Position numbers and translations under genes: made by a program. A DNA stretch of 24,121 nucleotides from Candidatus Hermodarchaeota archaeon (GTDB lineage Archaea; Asgardarchaeota; Lokiarchaeia; Sigyniarchaeales; SOKP01), in assembly GCA_048885925.1 (NCBI GenBank), contig JBHLLG010000039.1, positions 1 through 24,121 on the forward strand, in the 5' to 3' direction. Shown one piece after another: positions 1 through 9,257 of the stretch. The notes beneath the pieces were generated by a model. The model did not search any database, had not been told where the DNA came from, and saw only the letters and a program-made list of their open reading frames with translations. Position 1 is the first letter of the stretch. Each line of letters opens with the position of its first letter.

Positions 1-1
1 G

Positions 2-73
2 AGAGGAATTGATGCATTATTCGATTATTACGGTCAGATGAATCGATTTAGTCGATTTGTATTTAGAAAATAA
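2..73 (+). CDS. Probable 3' end of an upstream gene truncated by the window edge (product unknown)
   Basis: Frame 2 is open from the window start (RGIDALFDYYGQMNRFSRFVFRK) to TAA at 71-73. Too short to identify. Confidence 0.4.
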   Translation, partial: RGIDALFDYYGQMNRFSRFVFRK

Positions 74-116
74 CTTCCAATATAAATACATAATTAATTT
101 GGTGTTTATTTTAGAG

Positions 117-629
117 ATGACATTATTTGATCAACTTGATAAAAAACAATTAAAGGAACTTCTGGTTAAGTGTTGGATGACTCACGATGGTTCATGGTTT
201 TATAATAGTGCTCAAGAATTAGGAGTTGATGCTGCTAACAAACTAAATAAGGCTGCTATTAAAACTCTTTCAGTAATTGAAATGCAACGAATAAAAAAGG
301 CAATGGGATGGGAAAATATAAAAATTAAAACATTAGAACAGTTAAAGGTTTTTATTCGCAATGCTTTTAGCATATTAAAAGGAGATTTTATGGATTTCAA
401 ATATTCCTTTCCTGAAAATAACCAGATGCATTGGGAAATGAACCAATGTTTTGCTTATAATGGCATGAAAATGTTTGGATTTAACAAAGAATATGAATGT
501 GGGGTAATATATCGTGTAAGCTGCTGGTTGGATGCTCTGGGAATTAACCATACAATAGAGCCGAAAATAGATTTATGTTTATTAAATTCGCATAAAAAAT
601 GTTCTGGAGATATAATTTTGGATCTTTAA
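117..629 (+). CDS. DUF6125-like protein (Cys-containing, V4R/ATC-hydrolase-like)
   Basis: N-terminal W-M-T-H-D-G-S-W-F motif and scattered Cys (C-FAY, CGVI, C-LL...C). ATG at 117 is preferred over the ORF-track TTG at 57, which overlaps the probable upstream gene end. Confidence 0.65.
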   Translation: MTLFDQLDKKQLKELLVKCWMTHDGSWFYNSAQELGVDAANKLNKAAIKTLSVIEMQRIKKAMGWENIKIKTLEQLKVFIRNAFSILKGDFMDFKYSFPENNQMHWEMNQCFAYNGMKMFGFNKEYECGVIYRVSCWLDALGINHTIEPKIDLCLLNSHKKCSGDIILDL

Positions 630-636
630 AGCTCAA

Positions 637-1752
637 TTAAGTTTCTTTTTGTATTCCTTTCCTTGGTCTGAAAATCTTTAAATATATTATACTTGAAATT
701 GCCGTTATTACAACAACTATAACAAAGATTATTATTAAATAGAATAAGAAATCAGAGCTACCATTTTCTGCTACTAGACTTAGCTCAAGTATTAACAACC
801 CGCCACCTTGAGCTACATAAATATAATTGTCATCAACATCAATATCGTGAGCTGCACTCACATCACTCGTCCGTTCAGCTATTTCAACAATTGAACTAGG
901 ATCACTAACATTAAATAGTTCTATCCCGTAATTATCCGCCACGTAAAGAAGACCATCTTTCTCTACTAACCCTAATTCCTCTCCTCCATCATTATCATTG
1001 TAAGAATCAAGTATTTGAGGTGATATTGGATTAGAAATATTAATAACTCTTACACCAGCACCCCAACAGGCTAGAAATAATAAATCCTCAGTGATATAAA
1101 TATCATTAGCACCTCCAGTTTGGGGAATTGATGCTACATGATTTGGCGTATTTGGATAGGAAATGTCAATCACTTTCAGTCCTACTTCAGCATTAGCTAA
1201 ATATGCATAATTTCCTTTAACTTCTAAAGCATCACTTCTGGTATCACTAAACTCTCCTACATGAACAGGATCAGTAGTATCACTGATGTTTAAAATCTTA
1301 AATCCATTGTCGAAATAACATACATACGCATATATACCTGAAATTGTGACTCTATATGCACCTTCTCCTGCAGTATACTGTCCTATAATTTCTGGGTCTG
1401 TAGGATCAGACACATCAGCGATAATTAAGCCATTCATAACTGAAGCAATATACACCAAATTGCTTTCAACAGAAACTCCTATGGCTCCTCCACTAAGAAT
1501 CTCTCCTATCACTTCCGGTTTACTTGGATTCGAGATATTAATAATCATCAAGCCATCATTGTTCGTAACGTAAGCATAATCACCCCCTACACGGACATCG
1601 TATCCAACCTCAATATCACAGAAACCAACCCTATTCAGATGTAACCTTTCTGTTGTTTGAGCTTTAGAATATATTGAAAATATATGAATTGTCAATGTTA
1701 GAATAATAAAAGAAATTACAACTAATTTTTTATACTCTATTTTTGAGCGCAT
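637..1752 (-). CDS. LVIVD-repeat (beta-propeller) cell-surface protein with N-terminal signal/TM and C-terminal membrane anchor
   Basis: About 6-7 repeats of YAYVxxxxxGLx(I/V)I(D/N)ISxPxxP. Hydrophobic N-terminus, C-terminal TM (FLFYLIIIFVIVVVITAISSIIYL) followed by a basic tail. GGTGA SD-like site upstream of ATG. Confidence 0.85.
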   Translation of the reverse strand: MRSKIEYKKLVVISFIILTLTIHIFSIYSKAQTTERLHLNRVGFCDIEVGYDVRVGGDYAYVTNNDGLMIINISNPSKPEVIGEILSGGAIGVSVESNLVYIASVMNGLIIADVSDPTDPEIIGQYTAGEGAYRVTISGIYAYVCYFDNGFKILNISDTTDPVHVGEFSDTRSDALEVKGNYAYLANAEVGLKVIDISYPNTPNHVASIPQTGGANDIYITEDLLFLACWGAGVRVINISNPISPQILDSYNDNDGGEELGLVEKDGLLYVADNYGIELFNVSDPSSIVEIAERTSDVSAAHDIDVDDNYIYVAQGGGLLILELSLVAENGSSDFLFYLIIIFVIVVVITAISSIIYLKIFRPRKGIQKET

Positions 1753-2030
1753 TTGTTATATCACCATTATTATATTAATCGATATCTTAAATATCAACTT
1801 ATTAATAATACTCAGACAATGGATTGGCACTATATAAACGTTGATCTCAAAAAAAAAATATGTTAAAATAATGCAATATAGTTTCAAGGAAATAGAAATA
1901 AACTACTACATTTATTTCACTTTCATTAAAAATTATTATATCTACGAAACATGTTCGAAATTTCCTTTATAAGCATGTTATAATTAATCTAATTAAATTT
2001 AAAATAAATTATAGAAGTTGTCAAATTAAA

Positions 2031-2567
2031 ATGATGCCTATTGGACCATTAATGAAAGAACATAGATTAATTGAAAAAATGATTCAACTCATGGAAAAAG
2101 AGAATGGAAAAATGAAGAAATTTAGTAAAGCAAATCCTATATTCATTGATATTGCTGTTGATTTTATTAGAATGTATGCTGATAGAACTCATCATGGCAA
2201 AGAAGAAGATATTCTTTTTAGAGACTTAAAAAAGAAAGAACTCTCTCCTAACCATAATAAGATAATGGAAGAATTAGTAGAAGAACATATATGGGCAAGA
2301 AAAAAGGTAGGAATGTTGGTTGATACTAAAAATCAATATGAAAAAGGTAATATAAAAGTATTAAATGAAATTATACAATATCTGAGTGAATTGACTGAAT
2401 TTTACCCAAAACATATTGAAAAGGAAGATAAACATTTTTTCATCCCTGTAATGAAGTATTTTACAAAAGAAGAACAAGATAAAATGCTCCAAGAATTTTG
2501 GGATTTTGACAAAACTTTAATTCATGAAAAATACGAAAAAGTTATTGAAAATCTTCAAAATAGATAA
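2031..2567 (+). CDS. Hemerythrin-like (HHE cation-binding) domain protein
   Basis: Duplicated H...HxxxE motifs: LMKEHRLI / THHGKEEDILF / EEHIWAR / HIEKEDKHFF. Confidence 0.85.
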   Translation: MMPIGPLMKEHRLIEKMIQLMEKENGKMKKFSKANPIFIDIAVDFIRMYADRTHHGKEEDILFRDLKKKELSPNHNKIMEELVEEHIWARKKVGMLVDTKNQYEKGNIKVLNEIIQYLSELTEFYPKHIEKEDKHFFIPVMKYFTKEEQDKMLQEFWDFDKTLIHEKYEKVIENLQNR

Positions 2568-2593
2568 AAATTTTTAAATTCTCAAATTCAACT

Positions 2594-3406
2594 ATGAAAG
2601 GAAATAAAAATGAAGGAAAAAAAATGCCTGTGCTATTTATTGGGCATGGTTCTCCAATGAATATTATTTCTGATAACAAATTTACTAAAGATTTGAAAAA
2701 ACTGGGTAAGGAATTGGCAAAGCCTAAAGCTATATTAGTAATATCTGCTCATTGGTTGACCTCTGGAACTAGAGTGTTATGTTCTAAGAAGCCAAAGTTA
2801 ATATATGATTTTTATGGATTTCCAAAAGAACTTTATGAAATTGACTATCCGAGTCCTGGATCACCGAATTTAGCAACTATAATCAGTAAAAAGCTTGAAT
2901 CTTATAATGTTAAATGCGATTATGAATGGGGCTATGATCATGCATCGTGGTCAATCCTTAAGCATATCTATCCTAATGCAGATATCCCTGTTTTAGAACT
3001 TAGTTTAGATTATGGTTTTAACAGATGGAACTTAAAACCCATAGAATTCCATTATCAATTCGCAAAAAATCTGGCATTTCTCCGTGAACAGGGAGTTTTA
3101 ATAATCGGAAGCGGAAATATTGTTCATAATCTTAGTATTATTGATTTTCAAGTTGATGCTCCTGTAATGGATTGGGCAATAGAATTGGATGACATTGTCA
3201 AAAATAATTTAATTGGTTATAATCACGAAGATTTAATTAATTTTCAAAGGATGGGAGATATTGCAAACCTTGGAATTCCAACTTTAGATCATTACCTTCC
3301 AATGATTTATGCAATTAGTCTACAAGAAAAACGAGAATCACTTGAATTTATTCACGAGGGATTTCAATACGGGTCTGTCTCGATGAGATGCTTCAAAATT
3401 GGATAA
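2594..3406 (+). CDS. ygiD: 4,5-DOPA extradiol dioxygenase-like protein (LigB superfamily, YgiD type)
   Basis: MPVLFIGHGSPMN, ISAHW, IYDFYGFP, GYDHASW, GSGNIVHNL, PTLDHYLP motifs. Alternative start at ATG 2624. Confidence 0.9.
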   Translation: MKGNKNEGKKMPVLFIGHGSPMNIISDNKFTKDLKKLGKELAKPKAILVISAHWLTSGTRVLCSKKPKLIYDFYGFPKELYEIDYPSPGSPNLATIISKKLESYNVKCDYEWGYDHASWSILKHIYPNADIPVLELSLDYGFNRWNLKPIEFHYQFAKNLAFLREQGVLIIGSGNIVHNLSIIDFQVDAPVMDWAIELDDIVKNNLIGYNHEDLINFQRMGDIANLGIPTLDHYLPMIYAISLQEKRESLEFIHEGFQYGSVSMRCFKIG

Positions 3407-3410
3407 TAGA

Positions 3411-4163
3411 TTATTGGTTTAGAAATTCCAGAATACCCTTCATTGGAATCCCAGTTATCATGAAAATAAAAGGTTTTTCTTCCCCCGATGCGTTAATAAA
3501 TTCTTCACTATAAAATATTTGGCAGAATTTTGCATATCTTTCTGATACCATTTTAAGTTGTTGAGGAGAAAGGTGCGCATAAGTAGAAAATATAGGAAGT
3601 TCTATACTTTCTGAATCGTCTTTTGAAATTTTTTCTGATTTTTCATCTTTGATTTTGTATTCAGGGTTAAATAACCCAGAAATTAATTTTTTTGTAATAT
3701 TTCTTATTTTTTCAGGTTCTTTCTTAAAATCCATATTCAATTTTTCTAAAAATCGTTGGGTTATATTTAGATTTGCTTTACGAATTTTGGTAGCAAAAAG
3801 CAATAAATCAATCATAGCTTTGGCTTGATCAATTGTTGGCTTTTCGGGATTTATACCTGGTATAAATGCTTCAAAATCAGTATTAAACTTAGGATTGAGA
3901 GAATACACGTTCTCAAAGACTTTAGGTTTATCTGAATTCGGATCAGAATATATAGCTCTTTTTTCTTCAATGATTCCGTTTACTTCTTTCAATTTTTTTA
4001 TATGCTCATGAATAGTAGATTTACTCTTATTTAACTTTTGAGCAATCTCAGTTAGGCTTAATTTTCCATACATATTAAGGTATGTGAAAATCTGAAACCT
4101 TGTTTTATTTAATAACTCCATTAAATCCGCCATTTGTTCCCTTTTTGATGACATTTTTTCCAT
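3411..4163 (-). CDS. Winged helix-turn-helix transcriptional regulator (ArsR/TrmB-like N-terminal domain)
   Basis: TRFQIFTYL...LSLTEIAQKLNKSKSTIHEHIKKL HTH. The ORF-track GTG at 4172 lies inside an AGGTGA SD-like site, so ATG 4163 is preferred. Divergent from the MFS gene. Confidence 0.8.
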   Translation of the reverse strand: MEKMSSKREQMADLMELLNKTRFQIFTYLNMYGKLSLTEIAQKLNKSKSTIHEHIKKLKEVNGIIEEKRAIYSDPNSDKPKVFENVYSLNPKFNTDFEAFIPGINPEKPTIDQAKAMIDLLLFATKIRKANLNITQRFLEKLNMDFKKEPEKIRNITKKLISGLFNPEYKIKDEKSEKISKDDSESIELPIFSTYAHLSPQQLKMVSERYAKFCQIFYSEEFINASGEEKPFIFMITGIPMKGILEFLNQ

Positions 4164-4183
4164 TTTTTTCACCTAACTAGAAC

Positions 4184-4302
4184 AATTCGAAAATATAAAA
4201 AATATCGAATTCGAATAATAATAAAAAATACGAACATTTAAATATTATCTTTTAATCTATTATATATCAAATTCGAGATTATCATTAAAAAACGAATTCG
4301 AA
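4184..4302. promoter_or_regulatory. Candidate operator sites in the divergent regulator/MFS intergenic region
   Basis: Palindromes TCGAATTCGA (4205-4214) and CGAATTCG (4293-4300), plus AATTCGA half-sites near 4184 and 4270, in a 150-bp very AT-rich spacer. Confidence 0.45.
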
Positions 4303-4322
4303 AAAAAAGGAATTGATAAAAA

Positions 4323-5753
4323 ATGAAGAATAAAAAAGAAAATATAATAAAAAAAACTTGGCCCGCTTTTATTTCAAAAGCATCATATGCTATGACCATT
4401 AGTGCTGTATACTTAAACGTTATAATAATTTCAAATCTTCTCTGGCAAGATGGATCATTTCATAGTAGTGAATTAGGTCTAATGATTGGGAGTTCAATGA
4501 TTATGACAGCAATTTCAGGTTTACTTTTTGGATATTTGGCAGACAAATTCTCTAGAAAAAAAATTTATGAAATTTCAATAATCTCTTATGGATTTGGATT
4601 AGTTTTGAATGGATTCCTCCCATATGGCTTAGGAGATCTGTCTTTTTATCTCTTTTTTGTTGTTCTTCTTATTCAAGGATTTTTCAGTGGTGCGTTCGCT
4701 CCTACTGAAACTTCTTATGTGAATGATATTGTTGATGAGTCTATGCGTTCCAGATTTTATGGTTCAATTAATGCAGTTTTCCAATTAGCCCAGATTATAG
4801 GGATGCTAGTTTCCTCATTCTTATTTCAAAATTTACTCTTGCGTCAATTTTATTGGATTATTGGCTCTTTTATAATTTTTGAAGGCTTTTTAGTCGCATT
4901 TAAAGCACGAGAACCTAAGAGAGGTATGAATCAAGAGGAATTAAAAGATGTATTAAAATCTTCTGATATAAAATATAATTATCAACTAACTAAAGAAACA
5001 CTTCGGAACACAGTCCTTAGAAGAACCAATATAGTCGCATTTGTAGAAGGAATTTTTACTACTGTTTTACTTTCAATCCCTGATTTCTTACTTATCGCAT
5101 ACATAACAGGACCTCCCCATAATGTTGCCCCATTCACTACAACAATTTTTTTGCTAATGACGGGAGTACCAGGCGCAATAATAGGTTCAATTAGTTTCGC
5201 TAAAATGTCTGATAACCTCGCTAAGAAAAAGATTCAACATCGAATTTATATGATTATAACTTCGCTGATAGGAATGTTCGGAATATTCTTATTAATCTTC
5301 TTCCTTCCAATCCCTAATTTCAGTGTGGGAGCGGGGCAAAATATTCTGATTATATTTAATCATCCTGAATTTGTAATTATGGGTGTGTTAGCATTTCTCG
5401 CAAAAATGATTCATACCATTTATTTTATTAATCAACCACCTATATTACAGAAAATTAACTTACCTGAAGCTCAAGGAAAGATTAGTTCTGCAAATCAATT
5501 TCTTGAGTTAATAGGATCAGGATTAGGACCAATTATAGCGGGCTTTTTGTTAGCTAGTTTTAACCAAAATTACCAAATAACTGTTTTAATTTCCGCTAGT
5601 ATTGGAATGATTAGTTGCTTAGCTTGGTTAATTGGAGCGAAATCTATTAATAATGATATCCAAAGAATCTCCTCAATATTAAAAATCAGAGCAGAAGAAT
5701 TAAAAGAAAATGGGCAAATTCTTAGCGAAATAAGCTTAATTTCTCATGACTAA
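4323..5753 (+). CDS. MFS transporter
   Basis: About 12 hydrophobic segments. MFS motif A GYLADKFSRKK, RSRFYG loop, and GLGPIIAG in the C-terminal half. Confidence 0.92.
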   Translation: MKNKKENIIKKTWPAFISKASYAMTISAVYLNVIIISNLLWQDGSFHSSELGLMIGSSMIMTAISGLLFGYLADKFSRKKIYEISIISYGFGLVLNGFLPYGLGDLSFYLFFVVLLIQGFFSGAFAPTETSYVNDIVDESMRSRFYGSINAVFQLAQIIGMLVSSFLFQNLLLRQFYWIIGSFIIFEGFLVAFKAREPKRGMNQEELKDVLKSSDIKYNYQLTKETLRNTVLRRTNIVAFVEGIFTTVLLSIPDFLLIAYITGPPHNVAPFTTTIFLLMTGVPGAIIGSISFAKMSDNLAKKKIQHRIYMIITSLIGMFGIFLLIFFLPIPNFSVGAGQNILIIFNHPEFVIMGVLAFLAKMIHTIYFINQPPILQKINLPEAQGKISSANQFLELIGSGLGPIIAGFLLASFNQNYQITVLISASIGMISCLAWLIGAKSINNDIQRISSILKIRAEELKENGQILSEISLISHD

Positions 5754-5856
5754 ATTATAATTTTTTCTTTTTTTTTATATCGTATCTAAACTCGCTTTAA
5801 TCACCTAATTTAAATACAGATCAATTCTAATACTAATTATTATATCTTATAAAGCG

Positions 5857-6140
5857 AAAATTTCAGGTTTTCTTAAAGCCATAACCAATTTTTCAGGAGA
5901 AATTTTACATGAGGTACTTCTTTTTCATTAAGATTTAATAATATTATTTTTATTCTCTCAAAATACAAAACTAAAATCTTTGCCCCTCAAACACTTCATA
6001 TTAATAACAGTGTAGATAAAAAATTTGATCATTTGAAGGAAATTATTTTTCTAAAAATAGAACCAGTAAAAGCTCCAGAAGGAACTAATATTAAAATTCT
6101 TAAACCAACCATCAATGAATTATTTTCGTCATTTTATTGA
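5857..6140 (+). pseudogene. Frameshifted remnant of a putative longin-like small protein
   Basis: Frame 1 gives KISGFLKAITNFSGEILHEVL (stop 5929-5931). The -1 frame from about 5925 gives SLRFNNIIFILSKYKTKIFA...LKEIIFLK...LKPTINELFSSFY* (6138-6140). No start codon found. The ISGFLxAIxxFxxE motif matches Asgard longin-like proteins as I recall them. Confidence 0.45.
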
Positions 6141-6583
6141 TTAGAAATCTCAAAATTCTTTTTCAAAAATTCCCTTATTACTACAATTTTAAATTGATCA
6201 TACTCTCAATTTTAAGACAAAAAAATTTCAAATTGAGCTATGAATAGAATGAACTCGACATAATAGCATTAGTTTCTTTGGATGCCAAATCAATATATTT
6301 TATTTTTACTAAGCTGAAGAATTGTTACTTCCCCCATTCTTTGAAAGGTGGAATTAGTAATGATTTTTATGTCAATTACATTGCTTTCCTGCCTTTTCTA
6401 AATACCTTATAAAACATCAACATTATTTTTATATATAATAAAATAAACCATACCATTAGCAATTTTTTAAGCGAAAAATTGAAAAAAAATCAATCAATAA
6501 AAAAAATGTTAGTTCTTTTAATGATTTTTTTTAAACTGTTAAATTAATAAAATATATTTAAGATATTATGTAAAGTGCTACAT

Positions 6584-7615
6584 ATGCGCATATTAAAGAT
6601 GCAATCAAGGTTTCTTGAAGAGTTTCTTAAAACATTAAAAAAGTTTGGAACACTATATGGGCCAACGTATAAGAATGGTGTACTTTCTTATGATCTACTT
6701 GAAAATATCTCAGATTTTGTTGTTACTGATGAACATCCAATGATTCCCATAAAGAAGCTCTTTCATCCGATGCGTTTCACAATGTTGAATTTCAATGAGA
6801 AAGGATTTAATCCAGATTATTCCATGATTGAGAAAAGGGTCGTAATAGGACTACATCCCTGCGAGATTCACGGTCTTCTCATACTAGATGATATTTTCAT
6901 GCGGGACCCGGTTGATCCATACTATGCAGAACTACGACATAATACGGCAATAGTGGGATTTTCATGTCTTCCTACAGAAAATTCCTTATGTTATTCAACT
7001 GATACTGATATTGTGGAAGAAGGATTTGACTTATTCTTTGTTGATCTTGGTGAATATTATCTTGTTTGGGTAGGTACTAGTCTAGGTCATGATATGATCT
7101 ACGAGCGAGAAGAATACTTTGATGTGAATGTCACCTATGATGATATTAAGAAGTATATAAACTGGCGTTATAAACGGAATAAAATGTTCAAGAAGGGTTT
7201 TGAGTTTGATAGCATGCCTGATATCATGGAACTCAGCTATGAAAGTGAAATTTGGGATAAATTCGGCGAGATATGTATATCATGCGGTCAATGTTCTATG
7301 GTTTGCCCGACGTGCAACTGTTACAATGTAACAGATATTTTTGATGTGTCAAATGAAACAAGAGGACGTCGAGATAGATACTGGGATAGTTGCATGTTTG
7401 TAGACTATAGTCTAGTAGCAGGGGGACATAACTTTCGAGCATCTCGCGCAGACAGACTTAGACTTTGGTATGGACACAAATTGAAAACATTTGGAAAATA
7501 CTATGGCCGTCCTGGTTGTGTAGGATGTGGTCGATGTGTGGAAACATGTCCGGTTGAAATCAATGTCCTTACTATCTCAGATGCTTTAATCACAGAGGAG
7601 GTACCAAAAAAATGA
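6584..7615 (+). CDS. hydB: Group 3b [NiFe] hydrogenase / sulfhydrogenase beta subunit (4Fe-4S dicluster)
   Basis: GLHPCEIHG, CISCGQCSMVCPTCNC, WDSC, CVGCGRCVETCP motifs. ATGA overlap with the next gene. ATG 6584 is preferred over GTG 6575. Confidence 0.92.
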   Translation: MRILKMQSRFLEEFLKTLKKFGTLYGPTYKNGVLSYDLLENISDFVVTDEHPMIPIKKLFHPMRFTMLNFNEKGFNPDYSMIEKRVVIGLHPCEIHGLLILDDIFMRDPVDPYYAELRHNTAIVGFSCLPTENSLCYSTDTDIVEEGFDLFFVDLGEYYLVWVGTSLGHDMIYEREEYFDVNVTYDDIKKYINWRYKRNKMFKKGFEFDSMPDIMELSYESEIWDKFGEICISCGQCSMVCPTCNCYNVTDIFDVSNETRGRRDRYWDSCMFVDYSLVAGGHNFRASRADRLRLWYGHKLKTFGKYYGRPGCVGCGRCVETCPVEINVLTISDALITEEVPKK

Positions 7616-8460
7616 TTACCACTGAAAGAATTGAAAACCCATTCAAGCCAAAGGCCGCAAGGATTGTTCGACATTATGATCTTATAGATGATCATAGGTT
7701 TTTCCAGCTTAGGCATATAGATATGAAGAAAGCTATGTCTTTCTCTTATAATCCTGGCCAATTTATCATGCTGTCAATCCCTGGTGTTGGGGAATCACCC
7801 TTTTCTATTTCATCCACACCCAGTCGCCCAGGTATTCTTGAGTTGGGAGTTAGAAAAGTTGGAATACTAACTGATGCTCTATTCCAGAAGAAAGACAATG
7901 ATGTTGTGTACATCAGAGGTCCCTATGGAAATGGCTTTAAACTGAATCAAATGGTAAATAAAGACCTCCTAATTGTTGCTGGTGGACTTGGAGTTATACC
8001 CCTTCGATCAATCCTCTATTATGTCTTAGACAATCGAGACCAATTCAAACAAGTTTTCTTCCTTTATGGTACAAAAACCCCCAATGAGTTCCTTTTCAAG
8101 ACCGAATTTTTCCAACTAAAACAACGCGATGATATAAAGTGTCTGTTTACAGTAGATAAGCCAAATGAAAAGTGGACCGAGAATGTGGGTGTAATAACAA
8201 AGCTTTTTAAAAATCTTCCCAAACTAGATCCCCGTGAAACCACAGCTGTTGTGGTGGGACCTCCGGTCATGTACAAATTTGTAATCGATGAGTTTCTAAA
8301 ACTGAAGATACCAAAAAATCAAATACAACTATCACTTGAGAGACGAATGAAATGCGGAGTTGGAAAATGTGGACATTGTGCTATTGAACATCTCTATACT
8401 TGCATGGACGGGCCGGTATTCACATATTGGGACACATTACACTTTAGGGAGTTGATCTAA
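7612..8460 (+). CDS. hydG: Sulfhydrogenase gamma subunit (FAD/NAD(P)-binding, 2Fe-2S)
   Basis: PGQF, ESPFSISS, RGPYGNGF, AGGLGVIPLRS, VGPPVM, SLERRMKCGVGKCGHC...CMDGPVF. GAGGAGG SD upstream. Confidence 0.93.
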   Translation: MITTERIENPFKPKAARIVRHYDLIDDHRFFQLRHIDMKKAMSFSYNPGQFIMLSIPGVGESPFSISSTPSRPGILELGVRKVGILTDALFQKKDNDVVYIRGPYGNGFKLNQMVNKDLLIVAGGLGVIPLRSILYYVLDNRDQFKQVFFLYGTKTPNEFLFKTEFFQLKQRDDIKCLFTVDKPNEKWTENVGVITKLFKNLPKLDPRETTAVVVGPPVMYKFVIDEFLKLKIPKNQIQLSLERRMKCGVGKCGHCAIEHLYTCMDGPVFTYWDTLHFRELI

Positions 8461-8461
8461 A

Positions 8462-9256
8462 TTGACAAACGTAAGTAAAACTGAAATACCTTCTGCAAAG
8501 CCGAAGGTGGGTATTTATGGTTTCACAGGTTGTGCAGGAGATCAACTTCTCCTTATTCATACCGAAGATGAGATTCTCAACTTGTACAATTCAGTGGATT
8601 TTAGATCCTTTGTAATGGCTTCAAGTAATCCTATTGAAGAGGAACTTGATATTGCATTCATTGAAGGTAGCATCAGTACAGAAGAGGAGAGAGAGCATAT
8701 TCTCAATATAAGAAAGAGAGCGAAAGTTTTAGTAGCAATAGGCAATTGTGCTGTCAACGGTGGGCCCCAAGCAATGTGTGTGGGAGATAATGGATTTATA
8801 AAACGTTTAAATAAAATTTATGGCGATACTACGTTTTTGACAAACCCCATTGAATCCCAACCTATTGATGCAATTGTTAATGTAGATTACTACCTCCCTG
8901 GGTGTCCAATCAGTGCACCACAAGCTTTCGCACTAATCTCGAGACTCATACATAGAGTGATTCCGGAACACTATTCCCACCCTGTATGTCATGAGTGTAA
9001 ACTCAATGAGAACCGATGCCTCTTACTTGATAAAATCTATTGTTTCGGTCCATTGACTGCAGGCGGATGTGGTTCGGCTTGTCCCAATCATGGGCTCCCA
9101 TGTGTTGGTTGCTGGGGAGCAAATGAGGATGGGAACTTTAACTCTCACCTTAAATTTTTAGAAAGTTTCGGAAAGACAAGAGAGGAAATTTTAAGACTGA
9201 TTAGAGGGTATGGTGGCCATAAAATCCTTAAATTTATTAATATGGGAGGAAAATGA
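8462..9256 (+). CDS. hydD: Sulfhydrogenase delta subunit ([NiFe] hydrogenase small subunit)
   Basis: TGCAGDQ, IEGSI, AIGNCAVNGG, YLPGCP, VCHEC...C...CFGPLTAGGCGSACP...PCVGCWG. TTG start 1 nt after the hydG stop. Confidence 0.92.
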   Translation: MTNVSKTEIPSAKPKVGIYGFTGCAGDQLLLIHTEDEILNLYNSVDFRSFVMASSNPIEEELDIAFIEGSISTEEEREHILNIRKRAKVLVAIGNCAVNGGPQAMCVGDNGFIKRLNKIYGDTTFLTNPIESQPIDAIVNVDYYLPGCPISAPQAFALISRLIHRVIPEHYSHPVCHECKLNENRCLLLDKIYCFGPLTAGGCGSACPNHGLPCVGCWGANEDGNFNSHLKFLESFGKTREEILRLIRGYGGHKILKFINMGGK

Positions 9257-9257
9257 A

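Noticed and set aside
6205-6410. Inverted repeat CTCAATTT...AAATTGAG and a possible further minus-strand gene remnant before hydB
   Set aside because: The 8-bp AT-rich arms are expected by chance, and the translated fragments are short, stop-interrupted and unrecognisable. No maturation-protease motif was seen.
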